A stretch of 64,000 nt of DNA from positions 6,658,367 to 6,722,366 of the forward strand of contig CM119267.1 of the NCBI GenBank assembly GCA_051294375.1, written 5' to 3'. A program made the translations under genes and the position numbers. The stretch is from Paraspadella gotoi. Its lineage: Eukaryota > Animalia > Chaetognatha. Positions 53,032 to 64,000 of this stretch are shown one piece after another (position 1 is the first letter of the stretch; every line of letters begins with the position of its first letter). The notes beneath the pieces were generated by a model that was not told the DNA's origin, did not search any database, and worked only from the letters and a program-made list of their open reading frames with translations.

Positions 53032-56000
53032 GAAAAGAAGCATAACGAACATAACCGAATCTCATAGAAAATAAAGCGGAAAGAAAAAAAAAAAGTAGAT
53101 TTCATTTGAACGAAAAATCTCTTTTTTCTCTCTTCTGGAAAATCATATTTTTTGGGAACAAGAGGGGGAGAAGATGGGGGGCAGAAAAATGCTATAGCGT
53201 GACGGGCGCGGGTGCTCGCCAGTCCATATTTCTTCTAAGAAAACTAGATGAAAATAAAATATATAAATGAGGAAAAAAAATAAAGAAGAAAAAAGATATG
53301 AAAAAGACAATATTATATCGAGAGGCTTCTTTAAGGTGACTGAATTCCGGAAGAGTCAGTGGAAGTTCAAGAAGGTTAGATGAGAAATATATAGCAAAGA
53401 AAGAGAGATAGAAAGAAAGAAAGAAAGAAAGAAGAAAGAAGAAGAAAGAAAGAAAGAAAGAAGAAAGAAAGAAAGAAGGTGGAAAGAAGGACACAAAATT
53501 TAGAAAAGAAAGACATCCCATATCAAGATGAAAGTAAGAATAAATAAAAATCAAAACATTTTTGTAAATGACTTTTACAGGAATTTGAATAAAAAAAAAT
53601 AAGAAGACGTTTCACTGAAATATTTACAACATGTAATGGTCAAAATCATTTTCAGAGAGATTGAAAACGACGATAACATAGAGAGAAGACATAGTATAAA
53701 TAATAAATACGATCAAAACGAATCAAAGAGTGTAAGTAGGTCGGTTAACTTTCTGACCTTAGTAAGTTCAAGAGTCGTTAAGGTTGTTGTTGTTGTTGTT
53801 ATCGTTGTGTACAAAACTTCAACTAAAAAAATTGGAGGTTTTATTTTTAATACGAGGAACAAACAATGAATAATGGTTGATACAAAAGAATAACCAAACG
53901 GACGACAAGGATTGAATCCCGAAGGACGAACGAACAAAGAACGAACGAACGAACGAACGAACGAACGAACGAACGAAACGAAAACGAGAAACCACGGAGA
54001 AAAATTGTTTCCAGTCGGCGAAATAAATTTAAGACGAATTTTTGTTGCTGGATTTTTTTCCCGAAAATCTGTAAATTTATTTTTAACAAAAACGTCGAGC
54101 GACGACGCGACGACGACGTCGCTAGGAGAAAAACAACGGGGTCCCGAACCGAGAATGGAAATGCCAGAGTTTTTTGCGGCCACGACGAATCGACGACGAC
54201 CGACGCCAGAAGGCGTTACGCAGAGCGAACCGAGGGCGACCGACGAAGACGACGACGACACGATGACTAAAAGAACGACGAGTTCTTACGACGAATCGAG
54301 CGACGAGTCCGAGGAGCGATCGAGACGACGACGACAATGTACGACGACGACGGCCACCAGGTCGAAAATGTTTCCAACTGAAAGTCTGAATTTTTGATTG
54401 TGTAGCGAGGAGAGAGAGAGAAGAGGAGGGAGAAAAGAGGGATAGTGAAAGATGGAGAAATCACCGAGTTAATCGAAATTACTTTGGCTATAGTGTTGTG
54501 GGTTGTTGCCGATTTTCATGTTTACTTTGTGTCCTTTTTTTTAAATATTCTGTGTAATTTTTTTAAAATGTACTTTGCTTTGTCGTTCTCAACAAGAATA
54601 TCAATCACGTTTCAATTACAAACTCCAGCACATTTCTATCATCTTTCTCCCAGAATCTCTCCCGCATCACTCTAAATCTCGCTTTCTCCATCGTCGTTTT
54701 CCAAGCCACTTTCCTGCATCACCCTGGCAGGATCTCCTGGTTCTCCAATCATGGCGTTTGCTGCGGCAGCCATCTCTCCTGCATCACTCTGAATCTCCTC
54801 TCTCCATCATGGCTCCAGTTTTTTCAGCTTTCCATCTTTTTCCTTCTTCATAGCCATGGCTCCGTTGAATTTTCGCTGTTGACTTCTCTCGTTGTTTTTG
54901 GCCCCTCATTGCTAAATCATGCCTTTGCCATTTCCGCCACCTCTCGACCCTACTTCACTTTCGCCCCTAAACTTTTTCATTCTCTACGTTTATGTCCTGA
55001 ACTTAAAATTGGTTCTTTGCCTGGGATGCGAGATCGAGATCAGAAGTAAAAAGAATTTCAAAAGAAAGAAAGCGATCTCCCAATATATCTCTATCTCTCG
55101 CTCTCTTTATCTTCTCTCTCTCTTGCTCTCGCCTCGCTCTTTTTCTTACCCCAGCTCTCTCTGCTCTCGTTTCGCCTTTTTTATCTGCCCCGCGGGCGGA
55201 ATACGTTTTTAGTGGCGTCCGTATTGTTTGGAATCCCCGAAGGAATCCCGAAGGAATTCCAAAGTTTTTGTTTTTATTTTGTCATCAATTTTACCACAAA
55301 AATAAAAAATAAAAAAAATAAAAATAAACAAAAATTGATTTTCCCCAAAAAAAAATGAACGATGGGAAGACAGAGTATGGCGCTCTTCATTGACGATCTT
55401 TCTAATTTTGGACGTGCTTTAATTATTGGAATTTAATTTCTATTTAATTAATTGTTAGGTTTACTTTAAACCAGCAATTACGACCAGTTCTTTAAGCTCT
55501 CCCAGGTTCTTAGATATAGTAAAAATATCTTTTTAAGCTATACGATTAATTCTATAAAAATCTACTATTTAGATTATTATCATACATCTATAAAAATTGT
55601 TAGTTCATTTATTCCAAGAACTAAGTTAAAATAACCGACCCAGAAGCAATGCTTAATTTACCAGTTGATATTTTGGAATGGCGAGAGTGATTTTATTGTT
55701 AGATACTTGTATTAGTATTACTTTTACAACTACATTTTTAACCTTACAAGATCTGGATTCGATTATGATTCGTATATTTTACGCCCAAAGTTCGTCATGC
55801 CTTTTTTCTTTCTTTTTTTTTTCTCGTCTTTTTTCTCCCTTTCGTCGTTTTTCGCTCAATCTTTGTCCGTCTTTGCAAAATTCCGGTTTTTCCAAATCGA
55901 ATTACGATATCCGACACCAATTTTTTCAGACGGATCATATTTGTTTTTTCTCCTCTTCTCACCTTCGTCAGTTCGTTTTCCTTCCTTGTCCTTCCTCCTC

Positions 56001-56632
56001 CGTCCTCCTCCTCCTCTCCTCATTTTCGCTTTACTTACTTTTCACTTTTAGTTTCTTTTTCTATCTTTTCGTACTTATCTTTTTGCTTGTTCTTTTCCTT
56101 TCTTGTTCTCTCCTTTTTCCTCGCTTCTTTTTTCTGCGTCTCTGAAATTAAGAATTTTATGTAATTAATGTAGATAATAAAAAAAGGATTACATCCTTCA
56201 TAAAGTATTCGTAGTGTTAGATATTGACTTAAAAAAAGATACTACACATCGGCAGGACCAGAGGCTAGCGATGCATAATATGTCACAATTTCGTGGCAAG
56301 AATCCAACAAAACAGGTGCACTTGATGCAGGGGAGATATTATTTTTCGGGGAAAACATATGTACAATTTCCTCAAATGAAAAATAAAACTGATGCTTTCC
56401 CAGATTCTAAACTGGAGTTGGATGTCATTAAAAATCGATAATGGAAAAAATTGGAGAGCGAGAGAGAGAAGAGAAGAGAGAGAGAGAGAGAGAGAGAAGA
56501 GAGAGACGAAGAGAGCGAGAGAGAAGAGAGAGACGCAAAATGAGAAAGATCGGATACCAAATTAAAAATTGGAGCACGAGAATGAGCGGAGATAAATCGC
56601 AAAGACGGAGAAGATGATGAGTTAGAGTATGG

Positions 56633-56702
<70 letters not shown>

Positions 56703-58670
56703 GAGAGAGAGTTTTAATTATTTATTATGCTCAAAATGTGAAAATTTACACAGTAAACAATGCAATTTAATGAGCGGTTACATGATATGAATAAATATGT
56801 ATATAGGTATATACATTATACATATAATATGTATATATATGTGTATATGATGTACACCATTTAAGGATAAATGTAGAATAAGATTAGCAGAAAAAGTACA
56901 AAGTGGACTAACTATATACAATTTATACATGTTTACAATTTCAGTGGTTTACACATAGATCCCGGTTCCGTTTTTTAACGATCCCACACTCTCTCTATCC
57001 GAATATGATATTGCTTTAGTTTCTAATGTTATTTAAGTAGTATATCAGTAAAAAAGTTTTTTATCAAGATTGCGCATTAAAGTTTAAAGTTATTCCATTT
57101 AGGAAATAAATTTAGTCTATGTTCTTCATCATCTTCCTTGTTGCATTTTTCAAGATTTGATTTATTGTAGAATTATAGTTCTTGCCACACTCAAGCATTC
57201 GCATATCTGACATTAATATGGAAGCTGTTTACTTGTTGTTACATTCTCAAGTGCGTTTCGCGAGATATGTATATTTGGCTTATTTGGTCGAAACTAGTTA
57301 AAACGTTTAGAAACTTTATTCACACTTTTCCTCCCACCTCCGCGCTAGAGTAGGTTCAAAGACAGCCAGGAAAAGGTTAAAATGGAAAATTAACTGAGAA
57401 AAGAAAGAGAGAAGAGACGAGTCGCGAAGAGAGTGGAGAGAGTCGGAGATGTGCAAAAAATGAATAAAAATTGATCCTGACAAATAGGAGAGAACGGAAC
57501 GTGACATACGGTTCGCCAGGAAACGAGCCAGACTAGGATAAAACAAACAGATGGACGAATTCTCGTTCACCTCGTGGGATTAAATGGGAGACGTCGACAG
57601 ACCGACGTGTTTGTACCGACTTTTATGCTGTATCGTTGTCTCATTTTTAAAGTAACCGGTTTACTTACTTTTTTTTTTAAACCAAGTTTTTATTTCATTA
57701 TAAATACCGGTTTATCCATTTTCGCCCCCTCGTTTGAGGGTGAGTTTTTAAGACATGATTCTGCAAGTCATGAAATTAGGATAAATTTAAAATTGGTTAT
57801 TACTTTCTGCCACAAAACTAAACTTGACAATACTATATTATAATTATTATTTGTCCGATGATGAAACAAATAATAAGCATTTCTCCTTTAAAATAAAACA
57901 CAACTAGGACGGCGATATCTAACACTCGTTGAATCCGTTTTGGTGCCAACTCTTCGAATTTTCAAAATAATTTTTTTTTTAAACCCAGATTTGGATCCCA
58001 TAAAAAAACTAAGAAACTTTTATACTAATGTTATATGATATTTTAACTGTTTGGATCCAAAATAATGACTCACAACGTTTTAACATATATAGTCTAATGA
58101 AAATAATACAAAAATTCAGAATGCTGCCCCTTTTTTCCCTTAATATGCTGAAGATAACAGAATTTTGACTAACATGTTATGCTTTTCACTCTCAATTTTC
58201 TTATGAGAATCTGAAATCTCTCTTATAAAGCATTATTTTTTAAGACATACCTATTTTAGCTATTTTATTATAAACTTATCTGTTTAAAATTTACTTGTGA
58301 TAAGAATATTACTAGTAATATTTATATTCAAATAATTTTTTGTTCTGAGTGCTCCACTTTTAACATATAAGTAATCTCAGCCATTAGCCAAAGTAATTTT
58401 TTTCACCGGTACCTGTTAACTCGTTAGTAAAAGGAATAGAGAGAGAGACGAGAGAGAGGAGAGATGAGAGGGAGGAGAGAAGAGAGAGAGAGAGAGAGAA
58501 GAGAGAGTGAGAGAGAGAAGAGAGCGGAGAGAGAGGAGCGAGAGAGAGATAGTCTTGAAACCGCCAATTCGGGGGGGAAAAAGAAGAAAGACAAAGGTGC
58601 CACGGCTCAGTTCATTTTCTTGTAACGGAAAAAAAAATTTACATTGATGGCAAACGTTGAAAAACTACGA

Positions 58671-60359
58671 ATGTCTTCCAAATGAAAACCTACGGAGGAT
58701 TGTTCCAAGCTCGGGGACGATTATTCCGACGCGGCGTCGCATCGATCGGCGAGTCGGGAAGCTGATCTCCGTCCCCCGCCCACCCTGAAGGACGACTTGG
58801 CGAGCGAAAACGTGTCGTCCAGCTAACTCCGTGGATCCATCAAAGACATCGATCGCTCGTCCGACTGCGCCAGATTCACCGATCCCTGCAGGATCACGAC
58901 GGGTCATCAATTCTATGCTGCAGAAGCGGTGTCACCGTGAAGGAGGACGACTCTTCACCTTCGGCAAGCTCTTCATGGAGCTGCCGACGGCGTTCGCTGG
59001 ACGACGTGGTTGGAGCCTAAACCTCGACGGCCATAATTTTAGCAAGAGGTGTTCGAAAAAGCTGACGGAGAAGGTGTGGGTCCAGAATTGTTCGCACCGT
59101 CGCCTACATTCACTCGCAAAAACACTAACGAAGCGAACGATCGAGTCGCGCATGCGCGACCTTGCAGCGGCAAACTTTCTGCTCAAAGAGGTAAGCGTGG
59201 AGATTAGATTTCGCCGTCCAGCTGGCGGATTTGCGACTCCACCAAAGGATGGATAACCGACGAGACAATTTAACAAACATTCCACGGGAAAGAATTCTTC
59301 ACCGACCTTTTACAAGGCGCTAGATCGACGAACTCAAGCAAATAATTCGACGCGTGAAGTAGGAGACTTCGCTTTCGGCCGATGTCTGACGCCTTGGGCA
59401 TGTCATCTTTAAAGCGTTGGTGACGAGAAACGCGACACTTGTTCCAAGGAACAAGCTGTGGCGGAGACGTCTGCAAACATGAACAACAACGAACGGAATC
59501 AATTGATGGTGGCGGATATCGGACGAGCTCGGAAGAAATCTGGTCAGCAGCATGAAACTTTCAATCGCAACCAAGAGAGGATAGATATTTGGGAGCGGAG
59601 AAACATCCGTTGTTTTTGAAGCGGAAACCGTGATAGGCGCGATCAGACGCCCTTTAATTGCCATAGTGGCCCTGGACGTGGGGACGAGGCCTCAGAGAAT
59701 TTAACAAACTCAATGAATCGTTCTTCGATGACGTTTTCGAAGGAGAGAATGGAAGAATTTACCTTGGAGAATCTACAAAAAATATCTAAGTATCTCCCAC
59801 CTGGTGGTACATTCGCTATTGTCGTAATCTGCTTGATCCCTGGACGAGACAGCAAACATTTAAATCGAGTCCACCTCAAAGGCGATGCGCTCAGACAAAT
59901 TGAAGAACACCCGTCGCTCATCTTGCACATTCTGTGGTTCGCCAAGCGCAATTTTCCCGGAGTTGGAATTTCGCCCAAGATTTTCTGAAAATAGGCGTCG
60001 AGGCCTACGGAAGAATCGAAAAGAGTTGAAGCGAAAGTCGATGAGAATTTTGAAAAATGCATGGAGAGGGTCCACCTTACAGTTGAAGGTGGTTCAGCGG
60101 TGGAAATAGTGCCGGACATTTTGGAAAATTTTTCGCATCAATTCAAAAGGAATATGATAAGGCCCCTGAAGCTTCTGGAATTCAATGCAACCCTTAAAAG
60201 ACACGGCCGATAAGTACAGAAGGAATTGCGCAACAAAGAACGAGAAATGCAACGTTGAAAGCGAGCCACAACTACTCAAGGTAAGATCAGAAGTGCAGTC
60301 TCGGACTAAGAGGACGTTGGAATCGAAGACCGCGGAATCCTCGGTCAAATAGAAAGGCT
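58671..60359 (+). pseudogene. Frameshifted, 3'-truncated mirror copy of the kinase-KEN gene (most likely raw-read errors, not a true pseudogene)
   Basis: Collinear with 43487-41791. Fragments such as PSLILHILWFAKRNFP appear in ORF 59713-59988. Differences are mostly 1-3-bp indels. Confidence 0.6.
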
Positions 60360-60409
60360 AAAAAAAACAAACAAGGAAATTCATCTTGGCGAATAAAATC
60401 CGCGCCATT

Positions 60410-61485
60410 TGGCCGTCGACTCGTCGCTTCTTTCTCACAGGGGCTCAGGGCTCGCTCGCTTTTCTCTCACGCTTCACAAAAACCCCGTGAATTTCTTTTT
60501 CACATTCAGACCTCGTTCACGAAACTCGGGGAAACTCTGGCAAAAGGAGGGAGAAAAATTTCAGCGAAAATATTTGGCTAAAAAAGGGAAAATAGACGAA
60601 ACGTCCAGATGCGACCAACGACCTCAGGGACGGGGCGAAACAACACGACTTTTTCACCTTCTCTGTGTCCTTTCTGCAATTTACTTTTAATTCCTCGTCA
60701 AATCAGAGCCAGAGAATCACAGACATCCCATACCTTTCTCTCTCTGAAGCGCTTCTCAACGCGCAACCTAGATAATCCGAGATTATCGCAAATAAAACAA
60801 ATCTAAGGTTCATCTCTATTCTTCTAGAGTGCCCTAATTTGTGCCCTTAATTAATTATGTGAATTCAAATCCGTGTTCAACTGCTCTCAAATAAGTATCT
60901 TTGGAAACCAAACAGTTCTACATGTAAAACACCTTAACTATAACCTTATATCTTAGAACCATGTAATAAAAACAGAAACAGTAACCACATTTGAGATAAT
61001 ACAATTTCCAATCTCAGGCACAAATATTCATGGGTAAGCAATGTAGAAGGACAGGTAGGCAGAAGGAGTTCAAGTAGATGGGCAAGTGCAAGTTAAAACT
61101 ACCAAAAATAGACAATGCTAAATTAGTACAAATAAACCTTAAACTTAAAAGTAACATATATAACCTAAGTACAATTCAATATAATCCAATGTAAACTAAC
61201 CTTCATTTGGGTTCAGAATAGAGAATAAAACATGGACAGTAAAGTAGTACAAAACATTATTTAAAGTATTTTCCTTTTCATTTTTACACACGTGTGAATT
61301 GAGAGTAAAAGATTGTGAAAAGATAAACTGAAACACGCTCGGTTCGTTTAGCTCTCATAACAGCTTGATCGCGGGAAGAGTAAATTCAGATATTCAACGG
61401 GAAACAAATGATTCTATCGATCTAACGAAACTAACAATTATACGCGAATAAAAAGGCATCGCTTTCACCACTCTCTCTCTCTCTT

Positions 61486-61526
<41 letters not shown>

Positions 61527-63226
61527 TCCTCAAGCACCAAGCAAGCATTCTCTCTATCCCCTCTCATAAGATCTTTATCTATCTCTATCATCCATCACCT
61601 TTATATCAATTTATGTCTCACNNNNNNNNNNNNNNNNNNNNNNNNNTCGTCTTCCCTCCAAGCACCAAGCAAGCATTCTCTCTTATCCCCTCTCATAAGA
61701 TCTTTATCTATCTCTATCATCCCATCACCTTTATATCAATTTATGTCTCACATTCCGCCGCTCACATATCTCTCTTTTCCACATCTGTTCCCTCACATCT
61801 CTAACTTACTCCTCCCACACCTCTACCCTCATACCTCCCCCCTTCTCTCTCTCTCTCTCTCACGTCGTCGGCCCGAAGCGCAGAAAATCAAATGTTCTCG
61901 TTTGCGACGTCACGATTCGTCGCTGTTTGTTTTACTCTGTCTCTCTCTCTGTCTCTCTCTCTATCAATATAACCGGCATCTACTATATAAAATAGGAGAG
62001 TAGAGTTGTTGTTGTCCAGCGTCGTCGTCGTCGTTCGTCGTCGTTAGAAAATAGGAAGCAAACAGAAGGAAGATTCATTCTTGGGATAAAATCCGCGTAT
62101 CTGGCGCGATCGATCGTCGTCGCATATCCTTTCGTCACTAGGGGCTTCAGGGCTACGTCTCGCTTTTTCCTCACGGCGTGTCAGCAATAAACATATTCCT
62201 GTGTAATTCTCTTTTCATTCATTTCATGTACCTCGTTTTCAAGCTGATAACTCGGGGAATACTCCGTGGCGAAAGGAGGAGGGAGGAAAATTTGCGAGCG
62301 AGATAATTTATATTGGCTGAATATAAGGGAGAGATAGAATGTATACGCTCTAGGGGCACGCTGGGCGAAAGCAACACGACGTTTTTTACCTTCTCCTGTG
62401 GTCTCTTTCTGGCTAATTTGACTTTTTATATTTCCTTCGTCAATAATTCAGATGCTCATGATGAATGTGCACAGATCATTCCATGTAGAGGCATATTGGT
62501 TGCCGATATATCTCCGGTTTTCTCTTCTCTTCTTCTTCTCTCTGTATTTCCAAATCTCTTCTCTCCTTTCTCTCATCGTCTCTCTTCTTCTTTCTCTCAT
62601 CTTCTTCTCTCTTCTCTCTCTCTCTCTCTTCGCTTCGTCTTCCTCTCAAGCACCAATTGTCTAATGTCCGTACTGCTATTCCTCTATTTCCGCGTCGCAT
62701 TATTAGTTATGCTTTATCTATCTTCTTATCTATTCTCATCATCCTTTAATATCTATATTTATGTCTTCGACATTCCTGTCTCTGCTCACTATATCCTCTT
62801 TTCCAGCATTCTGTTCTCCTCACATTCTCTAACTTACTCTCTTTCCCATTTCCTCTACCGGCCCTCATATTCCTCACCTCCCCTCTCTGCATCTCTACTC
62901 TCGATCTGTCGTCGGCTCCGAATCGCAGAATTAATCAATAATGTTTCTTCGTTTGCTGATCGTTTCATCGATTTCGTTCGCTGTTGTTTGACTCTTGTTC
63001 TCTGTCTCATCTTGTTCTTCTATCTCTTATTCGAATTATATTCGCATGTTTACCGGTCATGTCTTATCGGTATCATTATGGCTCTTCTCTCGTCCTGTCG
63101 CTTCGCCTCTCTCTCTTCTCTCCTTCTCTCTCGTCTCTTCTCTTCTCCTCTTCTCTCTCTCTCTCTGTCGCTCTCTCTGCTCTTCTTTAAATCAAAAGGG
63201 GNNNNNNNNNNNNNNNNNNNNNNNNN
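60410..63226. other. Low-quality redundant sequence around 25-N gaps 61622-61646 and 63202-63226
   Basis: ~61523-61621 repeats at ~61648-61751. ~61655-62000 recurs noisily at ~62640-63070, and ~60420-60720 at ~62130-62450. Confidence 0.75.
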
Positions 63227-64000
63227 AAAAATTGTTTTACATTTCATACACTTATAAGTTTCGCGTAATATATTGTTACAATTGAATTCTAACAATTTCT
63301 CTACTTTCAATGATACTGAAATTCAAATGATCTCAGTAACTTATTTTAAACGTTGGCCAAATTGATAAAATTTATAGATTCAACCTTTTTATTCGTCATT
63401 GGCATTTTAATTAGGATTTTCGAAAATTAAAAACCAATCACCGAAAAATTCTCTAAGACTATATTACTATCACTCATTCATTTTGTATTATTCATTATTT
63501 ACTACCCTTTTCTCAGGGTGAATTATTTAAAGGTTGTTTACTTTTTCAATTTATTTTATTATTTATTTTTTAAATTCGTTCACGTATCGATACATTTTCC
63601 ATCAATTTGGAATTTGGATGGTGCTTTGTTCCTCAGGTTATCAAATCGACAGATCGTCAACGCAATCTTGTTTTTCGATCAGACTTAATATTCTCTGTAA
63701 TCGATTTCTCCTGTTTTCATGGATCCAATCTGGCGAAGCGCCTGATCTGACTGGCGACCGTCTTCTTCCGGTATTTGGAATCGATTTAACTCCTGTATTA
63801 TCTCGTTCGGGGTTTTAGTATTTTACTCAATGATTAAAACCGAATATATATCTATGCCGATTCATTCGCTTAATAAACGACGCGAATTAATTTATTCTCA
63901 TTTAATGTCTCCATCTCTCTCTCTCTCCCTCCCTCTCCCGCTTTTGTGGTCTAAAACCTCTCCGTCTCTATCATTTTTTCCAGATTCATCCCGTCCCTTT

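Larger units (their letters stand above)
41791..60359. repeat. Giant inverted duplication 2: left arm ~41791-51043, right arm ~51148-60359, centred on 25-N gap 51044-51068 (probable assembly artefact)
   Basis: 51148 onward is the reverse complement of sequence ending at 51043. Identity decays steadily outward and the match stops at ~60359, equivalent to 41791, inside the kinase-RNase CDS. Confidence 0.95.

Noticed and set aside
62313-63257. 314-aa hydrophobic ORF
   Set aside because: It lies in CT-rich, error-laden redundant sequence and runs through an N gap.

Overview
AT-rich eukaryotic (probably invertebrate animal) draft-genome window saturated with microsatellites ((CT)n/(GA)n, (GTC)n, (TCAT)n, (TTCTA)n); almost all ORF-track entries are translations of these repeats. 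Over half the window is two giant inverted duplications (1-~7770 vs ~7935-16004; ~41791-51043 vs ~51148-60359), each centred on a 25-N gap and with one indel-ridden arm. They are most likely long-read or gap-filling artefacts. The one clearly intact gene (41451-43487, minus strand) is a single-ORF kinase + KEN/HEPN ribonuclease of the IRE1/RNase L family. It has no luminal/TM domain and no ankyrin repeats, shows RNase L-like signatures (LADFD, RNLxxH) and ends in a long charged coiled-coil-like tail. A complete ~640-bp miniature LTR retrotransposon (TRIM: LTR-PBS-PPT-LTR) whose LTRs contain a tRNA-Gly-like Pol III unit lies at 4066-4704. Also present: a fold-back MITE, two Helentron-associated (HINE/DINE-1-like) ends, a 5'-truncated LINE tail with a CCHC knuckle, several minisatellites, and weakly supported candidate exons in noisy sequence at 21.6-26.3 kb. 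All homology calls are from motif recognition and memory, not from database searches.
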